DNA of 64,000 nucleotides from an uncultured bacterium (GTDB taxonomy: Bacteria; Electryoneota; RPQS01), in assembly GCA_963735175.1 (NCBI GenBank), contig CAVTJX010000016.1, forward strand, positions 603,968 through 667,967, written 5' to 3'. A model generated the notes under the pieces. It was not told where the DNA came from. It saw nothing but the letters and a program-made list of their open reading frames with translations, and searched no databases. Both the position numbers and the translations under genes were made by a program. Shown piece by piece: positions 43,767 through 54,079 of this stretch. The first letter of the stretch is position 1. The number at the start of each line of letters is the position of its first letter.

Positions 43767-44750
43767 TCAGGCAATCCCGGCCGTCTGCGTCGCCGTGTGC
43801 CGCGCGTGAGCATCGGCTTCGAGATAGCGTTCGGCATCGATCGCCGCCTTGCACCCCGCCCCCGCCGCCGTGATCGCCTGCTTGTAAATGTTGTCGTGCA
43901 CGTCTCCCGCCACAAACAACCCCGGAACGATCGTCCGCGAGCTTTCCGGCTCATGCCGCAGAAAGCCGTTCTCGTCCGCGGGTATAAGATTGCTGACCAC
44001 CTTCGTATTCGGCGAATGCCCAATAGCCACGAACACGCCCTCGCAGGGAATCGTGCTGATCTTGCCGGTCTTCACGTTTTCCACCGCCACACCCGACACG
44101 CGCATCCCCGTGCCGTCGTCCAGAATTTCTTTGACGACGCTGTCCCACACGACTTCAATTTTCGGATGCGAGAGCACACGCTCCTGCATAATCTTCGAGG
44201 CGCGGAATTCGTCGCGGCGGTGGATGACAATCACCTTCGAGGCGTGATGCGTCAGATACGCCGCCTCCTCCATCGCCGTGTCACCGCCGCCGATTACCGT
44301 CACGACTTTCTCGCGGAAGAAAAATCCGTCGCACGTCGCGCAGGCCGAAACCCCCTTGCCGCGCAGCCGCGTTTCCGATTCCAACCCGATCCAGCGCGCC
44401 GTCGCCCCCGACGCCACGATCACCGCCCGCGCATACAGCGGCTCCCCGTAGCCGAGATTGATCCGCAACGGCCGCTCGTCGGCGTCCACCGAGACCGCTT
44501 CGTCTTCGATAAACGTCGTGCCGAAACGCGCCGCCTGCGCCCGGAAGCGCTCCATCAGCGCGGGGCCCTGGATGCCTTCGGGAAATCCCGGATAGTTTTC
44601 GACCTCGGTTGTGATCATCAGCTGCCCGCCCGGTTCGAGGCCGTCGATCACCACCGGTTCGAGATCGGCGCGCCCCGCGTAAATCGCGGCGGTGAGCCCG
44701 GCAGTTCCGGAGCCGATGATGACCAGCGAATGTACATGCTTCTCGTTCAC
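43767..44750 (-). CDS. trxB: Thioredoxin-disulfide reductase
   Basis: Intact 327-aa ORF: VIIGSGTAGLTAAIYAGRA...GVSACATCDGFFFREK...VIGGGDTAMEEAAYLT...FVAGDV. Confidence 0.95.
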   Translation of the reverse strand: MNEKHVHSLVIIGSGTAGLTAAIYAGRADLEPVVIDGLEPGGQLMITTEVENYPGFPEGIQGPALMERFRAQAARFGTTFIEDEAVSVDADERPLRINLGYGEPLYARAVIVASGATARWIGLESETRLRGKGVSACATCDGFFFREKVVTVIGGGDTAMEEAAYLTHHASKVIVIHRRDEFRASKIMQERVLSHPKIEVVWDSVVKEILDDGTGMRVSGVAVENVKTGKISTIPCEGVFVAIGHSPNTKVVSNLIPADENGFLRHEPESSRTIVPGLFVAGDVHDNIYKQAITAAGAGCKAAIDAERYLEADAHARHTATQTAGIA

Positions 44751-44788
44751 GTGAATATCCTGTGGAATTGAATAAAGTGCCGTGTTGT

Positions 44789-45271
44789 TCAGGAGACCCG
44801 CTTCCCGAAGGCGAATCCCAGATCGCGGTTCAAGTCGATCAGGCGGCGGATCGCCTGCTGATAGCCGCTCAGACCCTGCCCCAGAATCTGCGCCGCGCAG
44901 ACCGGCGCAACCAGCGACGTGCGGCGGAACTCCTCGCGCAGCGAAATGTCCGTCAGGTGCACTTCGATGGCCGGCACGGTCACGCTCGCCAGCGCGTCGC
45001 GAATCGCCACCGACGTATGTGAAAAGCCGCCTGGGTTGATGACGATGCCGTCCGCCCAGTGCCGCGCGCGCTGCACAAAGTCCACCAGTTCGCCTTCCAC
45101 GTTGCTCTGGCGGATCAGCAGTTGCAGGCCATGCTCCGCCGCGTATTCCTGAAGCTGCGCGTCAAACGTCGCGTAATCCGTGGCGCCGTACAACTCCGGT
45201 TCGCGCGTTCCCAGCAGATTCAGATTCGGCCCGTTGACCACCAGCACGCGCAGTTTACGCGGCGCGGACAT
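44789..45271 (-). CDS. aroQ: Type II 3-dehydroquinate dehydratase
   Basis: MSAPRKLRVLVVNGPNLNLLGTREPELYG...IRQSNVEGELVDFVQRA...IVINPGGFSHTSVAIRDAL...PAIEVHLTDISLREEFR. In the sequence as given it is in the same frame as aroB, with no stop between them. Confidence 0.9.
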   Translation of the reverse strand: MSAPRKLRVLVVNGPNLNLLGTREPELYGATDYATFDAQLQEYAAEHGLQLLIRQSNVEGELVDFVQRARHWADGIVINPGGFSHTSVAIRDALASVTVPAIEVHLTDISLREEFRRTSLVAPVCAAQILGQGLSGYQQAIRRLIDLNRDLGFAFGKRVS

Positions 45272-46383
45272 TATCACTTCGCCCTCGCGCAGTTCGCGGC
45301 ACAACCAGTGCGCGGTTTCGGCGATGCGCTCGAGCGGAACGTCGGTCGCCACTACCGGCCGGCCCACGCCCTGCAGCAGAATCCAGCGCAGTTTTCCGCT
45401 CGCCGCTTTCTTGTCGTGACTGAGCGCTTCCATCAGCGCCTCGGCCGTCACCGTCACCGCCGGATAGCCTGCCTGCTCGAGCACACCCTCCATCGCGGCG
45501 GCCTCCTCGGGTCCCAGCAAATTCACCGCTTCGGACAACCGTACCGCCGCGCGCATTCCAAGGAAGACCGCTTCGCCGTGTTTGAAACGCGAATAGCCGG
45601 TCACGGCTTCGAGCGCATGGCCAAAGGTGTGCCCAGATTCAGCAGCCGCCGCAGCCCCGCTTCCTTCTCGTCCTGCGCCACGAGGTCCACTTTCACCGAG
45701 GCCGCCAGCGGAATCGCGTGGTGCACGTCCTCGGCAGGCCAGTGCCGCAAATTCGGACCGAGTCGCTGCGCCAGGTCCCACAGTTCGCCGCCCACCAGCA
45801 GCCCGGCTTTTACCACTTCCGCGGAACCCGAGAGCCACTCGCGTGAATCCAGCGTCTGCAAAACATGCAATGGCGCCAGCACCGCTCGCGGCTGATGAAA
45901 CGCGCCGATCAGGTTCTTTCCCAGCGGATGATCGACGCCGGTCTTCCCGCCGATGGCGGCGTCGACCATGCCCAAAAGCGAGGTCGGCACGGCCACCCAA
46001 TCGACGCCGCGGAAGTAAATCGCGGCGGCAAAGCCCGCCATGTCGGTGACGACGCCGCCGCCCACGGCCAGCACCAGATCATCGCGCGCGAATTTCTGTC
46101 CCGCCAACTCATCGATGATATTGGCGACGCGTCCGAGCCGCTTGTTTTCCTCGCCCGGCGGAAGAATCACGCGGGAAACGGAGAAACCCTGTTCCTTCAG
46201 CGCGCGCGCCAACGCGGGTTCGTAATGCAGCGCCACACGCTCGTCCGTTACGAGCAGCAGCCGCGGCTGCCGCGCCGCGAACATGTCGCGCAGCTCGGAC
46301 GCCACCCAATCCACGCCCTCGTCGGCGAAGCTCACGGGCAAGGAACGCTCACCCAGGGACAAGTGCAGATCGACGGGTGTCAT
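45272..46383 (-). CDS. aroB: 3-dehydroquinate synthase (one frame break near 45600-45650)
   Basis: ORF 45601..46383 (...LAVGGGVVTDMAGFAAAIYFRGVDWVAVPTSLLGMVDAAIGGKTGVDHPLGKNLIGAFHQP...) continues in ORF 44789..46000 (...TFGHALEAVTGYSRFKHGEAVFLGM...). Confidence 0.9.
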
Positions 46384-46901
46384 GAAGGGGATAATTTGAT
46401 CAGCAACATCTCGGCGGTTTCGGAAGGCGTGCGCGCGTCATCGATCTCCAACGTCACGTCGGCGCCGCGGTAACGCGTCTCGCGGCGAGCCAGCATTTCC
46501 ACCAGGCGCGCGCGCAACTGGTCCCGCGTTGACGCGCCCATCAGCAGCGGGCGGTTCCGCTCACGCCACAGGCGCTCCACCAGCGTTTCCAGATCGGCGC
46601 GCAGGTACACGAGCCGTCCCGCCCCGCGCACGCGCTCCCATGTCTCGTCGCGCTCGAGGGCGCCCGCGCCAAGGGCGACAACGCCGTCCAGTCGCTCGAC
46701 GATCCGGCGCAACGTGTCCGCTTCAAGCTCCCTGAACGTGGATTCGCCGTAAGCCGCCATGATGGCGCTCACGCTTTCGCCCGCCGTCTGTTCGATCTCC
46801 GCGTCCACATCGATAAACGGCACGTCGAGCCGCAGGGCCAGCTCCGCGCCGATCGTGCTCTTCCCCGCCCCGGTCATTCCCGTTAAAAAAATCAGGCCCA
46901 T
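46380..46901 (-). CDS. aroK: Shikimate kinase
   Basis: MGLIFLTGMTGAGKSTIGAELALRLDVPFIDVDAEIEQTAGESVSAIMAAYGESTFRELE. ATG at 46901, overlapping the aroC end by 10 nt. Confidence 0.88.
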   Translation of the reverse strand: MGLIFLTGMTGAGKSTIGAELALRLDVPFIDVDAEIEQTAGESVSAIMAAYGESTFRELEADTLRRIVERLDGVVALGAGALERDETWERVRGAGRLVYLRADLETLVERLWRERNRPLLMGASTRDQLRARLVEMLARRETRYRGADVTLEIDDARTPSETAEMLLIKLSPS

Positions 46902-48058
46902 GGCGAAGCGGGCGAAACCTGCATATGTTCGCGGATTTCCGGCAATGAATCGCCGCCGAATTTTTCTAAGAATGGATTCATCAGCATCAGCAGGCACATG
47001 GCCTCGGCCACCACCGCCGCCGCCGGCACCGCGCACACATCGCTACGCTCGCGGAGGGCTGTGGCCGGTTCACCCGTCGCCAGGTCTACGGTGGCGAGCG
47101 GCTGGCCCAGCGTCGAAAGCGGTTTCATCGCTGCGCGCAGTACCAAGGGCTCACCGGTGCTCATGCCGCCTTCGATGCCTCCGGCGTGATTCGTCTTGCG
47201 CTTTACGCCGCCCGCGCCGTCAGGATACAGTCGATCATGAACCTCGCTGCCGCGTCGCGCAGCGGAATCTAAACCCAGTCCGATTTCCACCGCCTTGATC
47301 GCCGGAATGGACATCAGCGCCGCCGCCAATTGCGCATCGAGGCGGCGGTCTTCCTGCACATAACTCCCCAGCCCCACCGGCAATCCCGTGACCACCACTT
47401 CGAACATTCCGCCCAGGGTATCTCCGGATTCACGCGCGACGTCGATCGCCCGCATCATTTCCGCTTCCGCGAGCGCATCGAGACAGCGCAGCGGGCTCGC
47501 ATCGGCGTGGCCGTTGATATCGCCGAATTGCACAGCGCGTGTGTCGACCGCGGCTTGCACGCCGCCGATCTGCACCACGTGGCTGGCCGCGGCAATGCCG
47601 AACTCGGCGAAAAATACGCGGCATACCGCGCCCAGCGCCACACGCATCGCGGTCTCGCGCGCCGACGAGCGCTCAATCACATTGCGGATGTCGCGCTGAC
47701 CGTATTTCAGCGCGCCGGCGTAATCGGCATGCCCGGGCCGCGGCGTCGTCAGCGGTTCGCTGCGCTCACTCGCTTGCGGAACCGCGGCACGCATCCGCGT
47801 TTCCCAGTTTACCCAATCACGGTTTTCGATCAGCAACGCAAGCGGCGAACCCAAGGTCTCGCCGTAGCGCACTCCCGAAAGGATGCGCGCCTCGTCGTGC
47901 TCGATCTGCATCCGCTCACCGCGGCCATAACCCATCTGGCGGCGGCGCAAATCGCGGCGGATATCGTCTTCTGTGAGGGCCAGTCCGGCGGGCAGGCCGT
48001 CAAGGATGCCGACCAGACAGCGGCCGTGGCTCTCGCCGGCCGTCAGGTAGCGAATCAT
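46892..48058 (-). CDS. aroC: Chorismate synthase
   Basis: Intact 388-aa ORF: MIRYLTAGESHGRCLVGILDGLPAGL...RRQMGYGRGERM...PRPGHADYAGALKYG...RSSARETA... Confidence 0.95.
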   Translation of the reverse strand: MIRYLTAGESHGRCLVGILDGLPAGLALTEDDIRRDLRRRQMGYGRGERMQIEHDEARILSGVRYGETLGSPLALLIENRDWVNWETRMRAAVPQASERSEPLTTPRPGHADYAGALKYGQRDIRNVIERSSARETAMRVALGAVCRVFFAEFGIAAASHVVQIGGVQAAVDTRAVQFGDINGHADASPLRCLDALAEAEMMRAIDVARESGDTLGGMFEVVVTGLPVGLGSYVQEDRRLDAQLAAALMSIPAIKAVEIGLGLDSAARRGSEVHDRLYPDGAGGVKRKTNHAGGIEGGMSTGEPLVLRAAMKPLSTLGQPLATVDLATGEPATALRERSDVCAVPAAAVVAEAMCLLMLMNPFLEKFGGDSLPEIREHMQVSPASPWA

Positions 48059-48891
48059 GGTTCTCTCAACTGCGGCAATAACTCCTGCAATGCGCGATCC
48101 AGCGGAAACGGTGTTCCGGTCCAGATTTCAAAACTCCCGGCCGCCTGCGCCAGCAGCATGACCAGCCCGTTTTCAACATGCGCGCCATTCTGTCGCGCGG
48201 CTGCCAGAAACGGTGTCTCAGCGGGTTGATAATTCAAATCCATCACCAGCGCCGCGCGGTTGAAACGCAGGGGTGTCGGCAGCGGCAAGCCCGCCATCCG
48301 TGCGCCGCCGACGGGTGTCGCCTGCACAACCAAATGATAGCGTGACAATTCCTGTGCGGCATCGGCCAGAGACACGAACTTCGGCGACATCGACGAAGTT
48401 CCCGCTGCTCGCCAACGCGCCCGCGCACCCTCCACGTCGCGCGTGGCGACGGTGACCTCGGTTGCAAGTCCGCCTTCACCCAGTGCCGCGATGACCGCCC
48501 GCGCCGCGCCGCCCGTGCCGACGACTAAAGCCGGCCCGGCTTGTGTTGCCGACGGCAACGCCCGCAGCAGCGCAAAGCGGAATCCGAAAATGTCGGTGTT
48601 GTCGCCCCAGATCCGGCCTTCGCGGCGATAAAGCGTATTTACCGCGCGCGCCTGTCGCGCGCGCGGAGTCGTTTCGTCACACTCTTCGAAGGCTCGCGTC
48701 TTGTGCGGCGCCGTCACGTTCAGGCCGTCCCAATCGCCGCTGTGCAGGAGCGCCCGCAGTGCGCTGGATGGCAGTTGAAACAGGCGGTACTCGCCGCGCA
48801 GCCCCGTCGCATGCAGCGCCCAGTCAAAGATCGCGGGTGATTGGCTGGCGGTGGATGGATCCCCCACGAGGCCGAAACGATAACATGGCAT
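48055..48891 (-). CDS. aroE: Shikimate 5-dehydrogenase
   Basis: Intact 278-aa ORF: ...GLVGDPSTASQSPAIFDWAL...GLNVTAPHKTRAFE...AVNTLYRREGRIWGDNTDIFGF...VVGTGGAARAV... Confidence 0.88.
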   Translation of the reverse strand: MPCYRFGLVGDPSTASQSPAIFDWALHATGLRGEYRLFQLPSSALRALLHSGDWDGLNVTAPHKTRAFEECDETTPRARQARAVNTLYRREGRIWGDNTDIFGFRFALLRALPSATQAGPALVVGTGGAARAVIAALGEGGLATEVTVATRDVEGARARWRAAGTSSMSPKFVSLADAAQELSRYHLVVQATPVGGARMAGLPLPTPLRFNRAALVMDLNYQPAETPFLAAARQNGAHVENGLVMLLAQAAGSFEIWTGTPFPLDRALQELLPQLREP

Positions 48892-48892
48892 C

Positions 48893-50181
48893 CTACGTCT
48901 CGTAGGTTAAAGACCCGGGCGACAGTTGCTCCGTGTCGCTCCAGAAACCGGGATAGGAAACCGCCACGCAGGCCGCGTCGTCGATCACGGTTCTGCCGTT
49001 CGCCACGAGTCCGGCGATACCAAAGGCCATGGCGATGCGATGATCTCCCGCGGTCTCAATTTCCGCCCCCTGCAACGCGCCCGTTCCCGTCACCGAAAAA
49101 CCGTCGCTCCACTCTTCGACTTCCGCTCCCATACGGCGCAGATTATCTATTGTCAGCCACAAGCGGTCTGCTTCCTTGAGCCGTAACTCTCCGACGTCAT
49201 GGAAAGTGCTTTTGCCCGCAAGTGACGCCGCCAGCACCGCCAGGATCGGAACCTCGTCGATGAGTTGCGCCGCCGTCACCGCCGTCACTGCGAAGGCACG
49301 CATGCTGCCCGCATTGATCCGTAGTGTCGCCTGCTCTTCGCCCGCCATTGTCGTCCCCCCGGTCAGCGCCAGGGGCGCGCCACCGTCTCGCAGCAAATCT
49401 ACATAGTGGATTCGCTGCGAATTGACCAGCAGGCCGGGCAGTTCCAGGCGCGATTCGGGGATAAGCAGCGATGCCACCGCCCAGAATGCCGCCGAAGACG
49501 GGTCCGCCGGGATCTCCGCCGACAGCGCTTCCGCATCGAGTGTCACCGCGGCGGGATTCACGGCCAACGAACCGTCCCAGTCGAGGTTCAATCCCAGCAG
49601 CCGCTCGGTATGATTCCGCGTGGGAATCGCTTCGCGGTAGCGCGTGATGCGATCCGCGCGCAGCGCCGCCAGCAATACCGCCGTCTTCACCTGCGCGCTG
49701 GGAACAGACGCCTCAATCGTTACGCCGCGCAGCGGCATACCTACGATGTGCGCCGGCAGATGCCCATGGTGGAGCGTGATCTGCGCGCCCATCTGCGCAG
49801 TGGTTCGGCCACGCGTTCCATGGGACGCTGCGAGAGCGACGCATCGCCATGCAGGATCCATTCGCCGTCATGCCCGGCGAGAATCCCCATCAACAGCCGC
49901 GCGGTCGTGCCGGAATTGCCGCAGTCGAGTTCCCCCGACGCGCAACCCGCCGGCCCCTCAATGATGACGTCGTCACTGCGCTCTGTCACCTGCTTACCCA
50001 GTTGCCGAAGGCAGATGAGTGACGTCAGCGCGTCGTCTCCCGCCGCATAGCGCGAAAGCCGCACCCGGCCGTCAACATACAGCGACAACAGGGCGCGGCG
50101 ATGGGAAATCGACTTGTCTCCGGGCAGCCGCAAGACTCCGCGCAGCGGCCCGCGAGCAGGCGTGATGACGGCACGACTCAT
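48893..50181 (-). CDS. aroA: 3-phosphoshikimate 1-carboxyvinyltransferase (EPSP synthase; one frame break near 49800)
   Basis: ORF 49741..50181 (...LRLPGDKSISHRRALLS...LDCGNSGTTARLLMGILAG...LSQRPMERVAEPLR) continues in ORF 48893..49861 (...PSAQVKTAVLLAAL...RNHTERLL...GDHRIAMAFGIAGL...). Confidence 0.92.
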
Positions 50182-50196
50182 CGGCTTGTCATTCGT

Positions 50197-51223
50197 TTAC
50201 CGGCCCCGGGGCCAACTGCGGCCCACCAGCGGCGCCAGTTGCGCCAGTTCCCGTGCCAGCTCATCCAACTGCGCCGGGTGCAGCGACTGGTAACCGTCCG
50301 AGAGCGCCGCTGACGGCAGCGGATGCACTTCCACCATCACGCCGTCCGCGCCCGCCGCAATCGAGGCCCGCGCCAGCGCCAGCACGATGTCGCGCCGCCC
50401 GGTGGCGTGCGACGGATCGGTGATGATCGGCAGATGCGACAGCGCCTTGATCACCGGTACGATCGACAGGTCCAGCGTGTTGCGCGTGTAGTCGGAAAAC
50501 GTGCGAATGCCGCGCTCGCACAGAATCACGTTCGGATTGCCCTCGGCCAGAATATACTCCGCCGCGCCCAGGAACTCCTCCAGCGTCGCCGCCACGCCGC
50601 GTTTCGAGCAGCACGGGCTTGCCCGTCCGTGCCACGCGCTTCAGCAGCACGTAGTTCTGCATGTTGCGCGCGCCGATCTGGATGATGTCCACATAGCGCG
50701 CCGCCAGCGCGGTACTTTCTTCGTCGACGGCTTCGCTGACCACGGGCAGCCCCACGCTTGCGCGCACGTCCGCCAGCAGTCTTAACGCCGCTTCGCCAAG
50801 ACCCTGAAACGAATACGGCGAGGTGCGCGGCTTATACGCACCGCCCCGCAGGAGCTGCGCCCCGGCGGCCCGGGCACGCTCGGCCATTTCAAAGAGTTGC
50901 TGTCTCGATTCCACGGCGCATGGCCCGGCCACCAGCGTCAAGTCCTTGCCGCCAATCGCCACTCCGCCCACGTGGATGACGGTATCGTCCGGATGATTTT
51001 CACGGAGCACCAGTTTGTAGGGTTGCGTTATGCGCATCGACTGCATCACGCCCGGCAGCGACTCCACCAGCGCGGGATCAAGGGGACCGGTGTTCCCCGT
51101 CACACCCACGGCCGTGCGAAGCGAGCCGGGCAGCACCTGCGCGGTATATCCCGCCCCCTCGATGGTCTCGACCACCGCTTGTATCTGCTCGTCTGTCGCA
51201 TCACGTGTCATTATCACCAGCAT
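50197..51223 (-). CDS. aroF: 3-deoxy-7-phosphoheptulonate (DAHP) synthase, type I-beta with an N-terminal regulatory domain (one frame break near 50600)
   Basis: [31 protein letters not shown]... is a ferredoxin-like N-terminal domain. It is followed by ...[46 protein letters not shown] (ORF 50261..51265) and ...[12 protein letters not shown]...[29 protein letters not shown] (ORF 50197..50595). Confidence 0.88.
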
Positions 51224-51344
51224 ATCTGTTTTCCCCGGCCGGTCAGCATCCGATGCCGCCCACACCGTAAAATACGTAACAAGTTACCGAATTCACCTGT
51301 TCACCGTGCCTGAAAACGCTTTCACTACGGCTTCGTAATCAACG

Positions 51345-51373
51345 ATTATACATAAAGGAAACGTAATTATCCA
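51345..51373 (-). promoter_or_regulatory. Candidate sigma-70 promoter of the shikimate operon
   Basis: The minus strand reads TGGATA (51373-51368), 17 nt, TATAAT (51350-51345). This leaves a leader of about 115 nt to the aroF ATG at 51223. Confidence 0.35.
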
Positions 51374-51691
51374 GTAGCAGGCGACGAATTAGGCGGACTG
51401 TTGTCGTGTAAGACCATACAAAATAACAGTATAGAGCTTTTATTCACTGACAGGACGGATGCACTGGCAAATGGTCTCACGTGGTGAACATTCTGGAATT
51501 CTCTGACAATTCTCGGCTATAATTCCATAGTCCGGATAGTTGCGTACCTGTCTGAACTCCCGGTGTCCGAGTGAAGTTCCGACTCCCTCGTCCAGTTAAT
51601 TTCAGCCATAAGTTACGTCTGGAACTTTTATTGGACAATCGGAGTCTATTAAGCACAGGTTTCCCGCTTCTTTATTCCTTCAATTCCTCCC

Positions 51692-53783
51692 GTGAAACGT
51701 AAAAAATTGTTTATCCTCGGCTTTGCCGTCTTAACCGCGAGCGCCGTTGCGCTTGCTGGTCCAGATCGGCAGCAATGGCCGGGAAGCCTATCCGGGAGAC
51801 GCATTCCCATTCGCTTCCATTGCCGAGGCCCGGGCAGATTCCAATTTAAAACCTATCATGCAGAAAGTCGCCCTGCCAACTCAGCGCGTTCGCGCGCCCG
51901 AATTTCCCAGGGATTTCGCCTGGGTGAACACCGACCGGCCGCTCTACATCAAAGAACAGCTTAAAGGCAGCGTCGTGGTGCTCGATTTCTGGACATATTG
52001 CTGCATCAACTGCATGCACGTGCTTCCTGATCTCGAATACATCGAACAGAAATACGCCGGACAGCCGGTAGTGATTGTGGGTGTGCATTCGGCGAAGTTC
52101 GACAACGAGGGCGACCGGCGCAACATCGAAACCGCCGCGTCGCGTTACCATATCGCGCATCCGGTGATCGTCGACGAGCGCCACCGCATCTGGTCGGAAT
52201 ACGGCGTGCGCGCCTGGCCGACGCTGATGGTGATCGACCCCGAAGGTCGCATCGTGGGCGCGCTTTCGGGCGAAGGCAACCGTGAAGCGCTCGATGCCGT
52301 CGTTTCCTCGCTCTTGGAGGAAGGACACGAGAAAGGCACACTCGCCGCGGCGCCGCCCATGTTCCAGCGCAAGGGCCGCGTGCCATCCGCTTCGGGACTC
52401 GCTTTCCCGGGCAAGGTGCTGGCCGAGCCGTCGGGCAAATTTGTATTTATCTCAGACTCCAACCACGACCGTGTGATCATTGCGGATCCGACGGGCAAGG
52501 TGATGGCCATCGCGGGCTCGGGCAAAGCGGGGCAGGCGGATGGCGCCTTTGCCGCGGCGGAGTTCAACAACCCGCAGGGCCTCGCCTATGACAGCGCCGC
52601 GAATCTGCTGTATATCGCTGACACGGATAATCATCTCATCCGCAAACTGGATCTCACAGCGAAGACCGTCGAGACCATCAGCGGGACGGGCGAACAGGTT
52701 TACGACCGCGTCGGCGGGAAGATGGGCCGCGAGCAGGGGCTCAACAGTCCGTGGGATCTGAGCCTTGTCGCCGGCGATCTGTTCATCGCGATGGCCGGAT
52801 CACACCAGCTCTGGGTGCTGAATCTGAAATCAAGAATTGCGCAGGTGTGGGCGGGCTCTGGCATGGAAGACATCATCGACGGCACGGGTTCGCATGCCGC
52901 GCTGGCGCAGTCATCGGGAATTGTGCGCAAGGGCGACTGGCTCTATTTCGCCGACAGCGAAGTGAGTGCCATCCGCCGCGCTAATCTACAGACGCGGGCG
53001 GTGGAAACGCTCGTCGGCCGCGGCCTGTTTGACTTCGGCGACCGTGAGGGCGGGCTGAACAGCGCACTCTTGCAGCACCCGCTGGGCGTGTCGGTGTACG
53101 GCGACGACATTCTGGTGGCTGATACGTACAACCACAAAATCAAGCGCATCAACGAGGCCAAACGCGAGATTCGCACGCTGGCCGGAACGGGTAGTCCGGA
53201 TACCAATCCTTACAAACCTGCAGAACTTGCACTCTATGAACCGGGCGGACTGTCGGTGCGCGGCGATACGCTTTACATCGCCGACACGAATCACGACCGC
53301 GTGATAGAGTACCAACTCGCCAACGGCCACTGGCGCGAGTTCGAATTGAAGGGTCTGCAAATGGAGGCGGTGAAATCCATGGACCTCGCCAACGCGCCGC
53401 TGGTGGACGTGCCGCTGGCGCGCGACAAGGATCTGCGCCTGCGCATCTTTCCCGAGCTTCCGCGCAATGTGCATGTCAACCGCGAAGCGCCCATCAACTA
53501 CACGATCGCCGCCAATGGCAACAGCGAGATCGCGCCCGTCGAAGGCCTCATCAAGTCCCATAAGCTGCCCTTTGAAGTCGTCGTCTCCGGCGCAACACTG
53601 CAAGCCGGCAAGGAGTATCCGGTCACGCTGACCTTCGCCTACTGCACCGACGAAAACGAGAGTCTTTGCGTCCCGGTCACGCTCGCGTGGCGGCTGAAGA
53701 CGAGCGCAGACTTCGGCGCCGCCAATCGCGTGGACCTCTCGCAGAAGGTGGAGGCGCTGGAGGAGATGGGAGCGAAGCAGTAA
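51692..53783 (+). CDS. Thioredoxin-like (TlpA/AhpC-TSA fold) plus NHL-repeat beta-propeller protein, NHLRC2-like architecture (N-terminal frame break near 51750)
   Basis: A GTG-initiated signal-like peptide KRKKLFILGFAVLTASAVALAG (ORF 51692..51964) is out of frame with the body (ORF 51747..53783). The body reads ...VVVLDFWTYCCINCMHVLPDLEYIEQKY...VGVHSAKFDNE...YGVRAWPTLMVIDPEG, then repeated FNNPQGLAYD / LNSPWDL / LQHPLGV / LYEPGGL NHL-type blades and a C-terminal beta domain. Confidence 0.75.
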
Positions 53784-53830
53784 AATGAAGCTCGAAATTC
53801 GAAGTTCGAATCAGAATGGGACGGATGCGA

Positions 53831-53863
53831 AAAGCGGGAGCCGCAAGGCTTCCGCTTTTTATT
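53831..53863 (+). terminator. Rho-independent terminator of the thioredoxin-NHL gene
   Basis: AAAGCGGGAGCC-GCAA-GGCTTCCGCTTT followed by TTATT, 48 nt after the stop. Confidence 0.75.
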
Positions 53864-53888
53864 GCCGCCACGGCGAAGGGGTGAAAGC

Positions 53889-53953
53889 GGGCGGGTCGCG
53901 CGGGAGACAGGGTGAGCCAGGATGGGAGATCGTGCCGCTTGACCCACCCCTAC
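53889..53953. repeat. Another copy (inverted orientation, slightly diverged) of the RAYT-associated REP unit
   Basis: GGGCGGGTCGCGCGGG...GCCGCTTGACCCACCCCTAC. It has the same 65-bp architecture as the copy at 38721-38785. Confidence 0.65.
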
Positions 53954-53989
53954 TGGCGTGGGGATGCAAATGCTTTTAGGCTTTGGGAA

Positions 53990-54020
53990 GTACAGACGAC
54001 ACGACATGCCGTGTCCCTAC
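53990..54020. repeat. Degenerate palindromic element ending ...CATGCCGTGTCCCTAC (possibly a second REP family)
   Basis: GTACAGACGACACGACATGCCGTGTCCCTAC, in which GACACG...CGTGTC form a short hairpin. Only one copy is present in this window, so the family status is unproven. Confidence 0.3.
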
Positions 54021-54079
54021 AAGAAGCGGGTGCCTTACGGCGCCCGCGTTTCTTCGACTTCTTAAGTCAGGAGCGCTGG

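Noticed and set aside
53804-53812. GTTCGAATC, a tRNA T-loop-like motif just after the thioredoxin-NHL gene.
   Set aside because: There is no preceding GG, and no acceptor or anticodon stems can be drawn. It is part of a low-complexity TTCGAA-rich stretch (CGAAATTCGAAGTTCGAATC).
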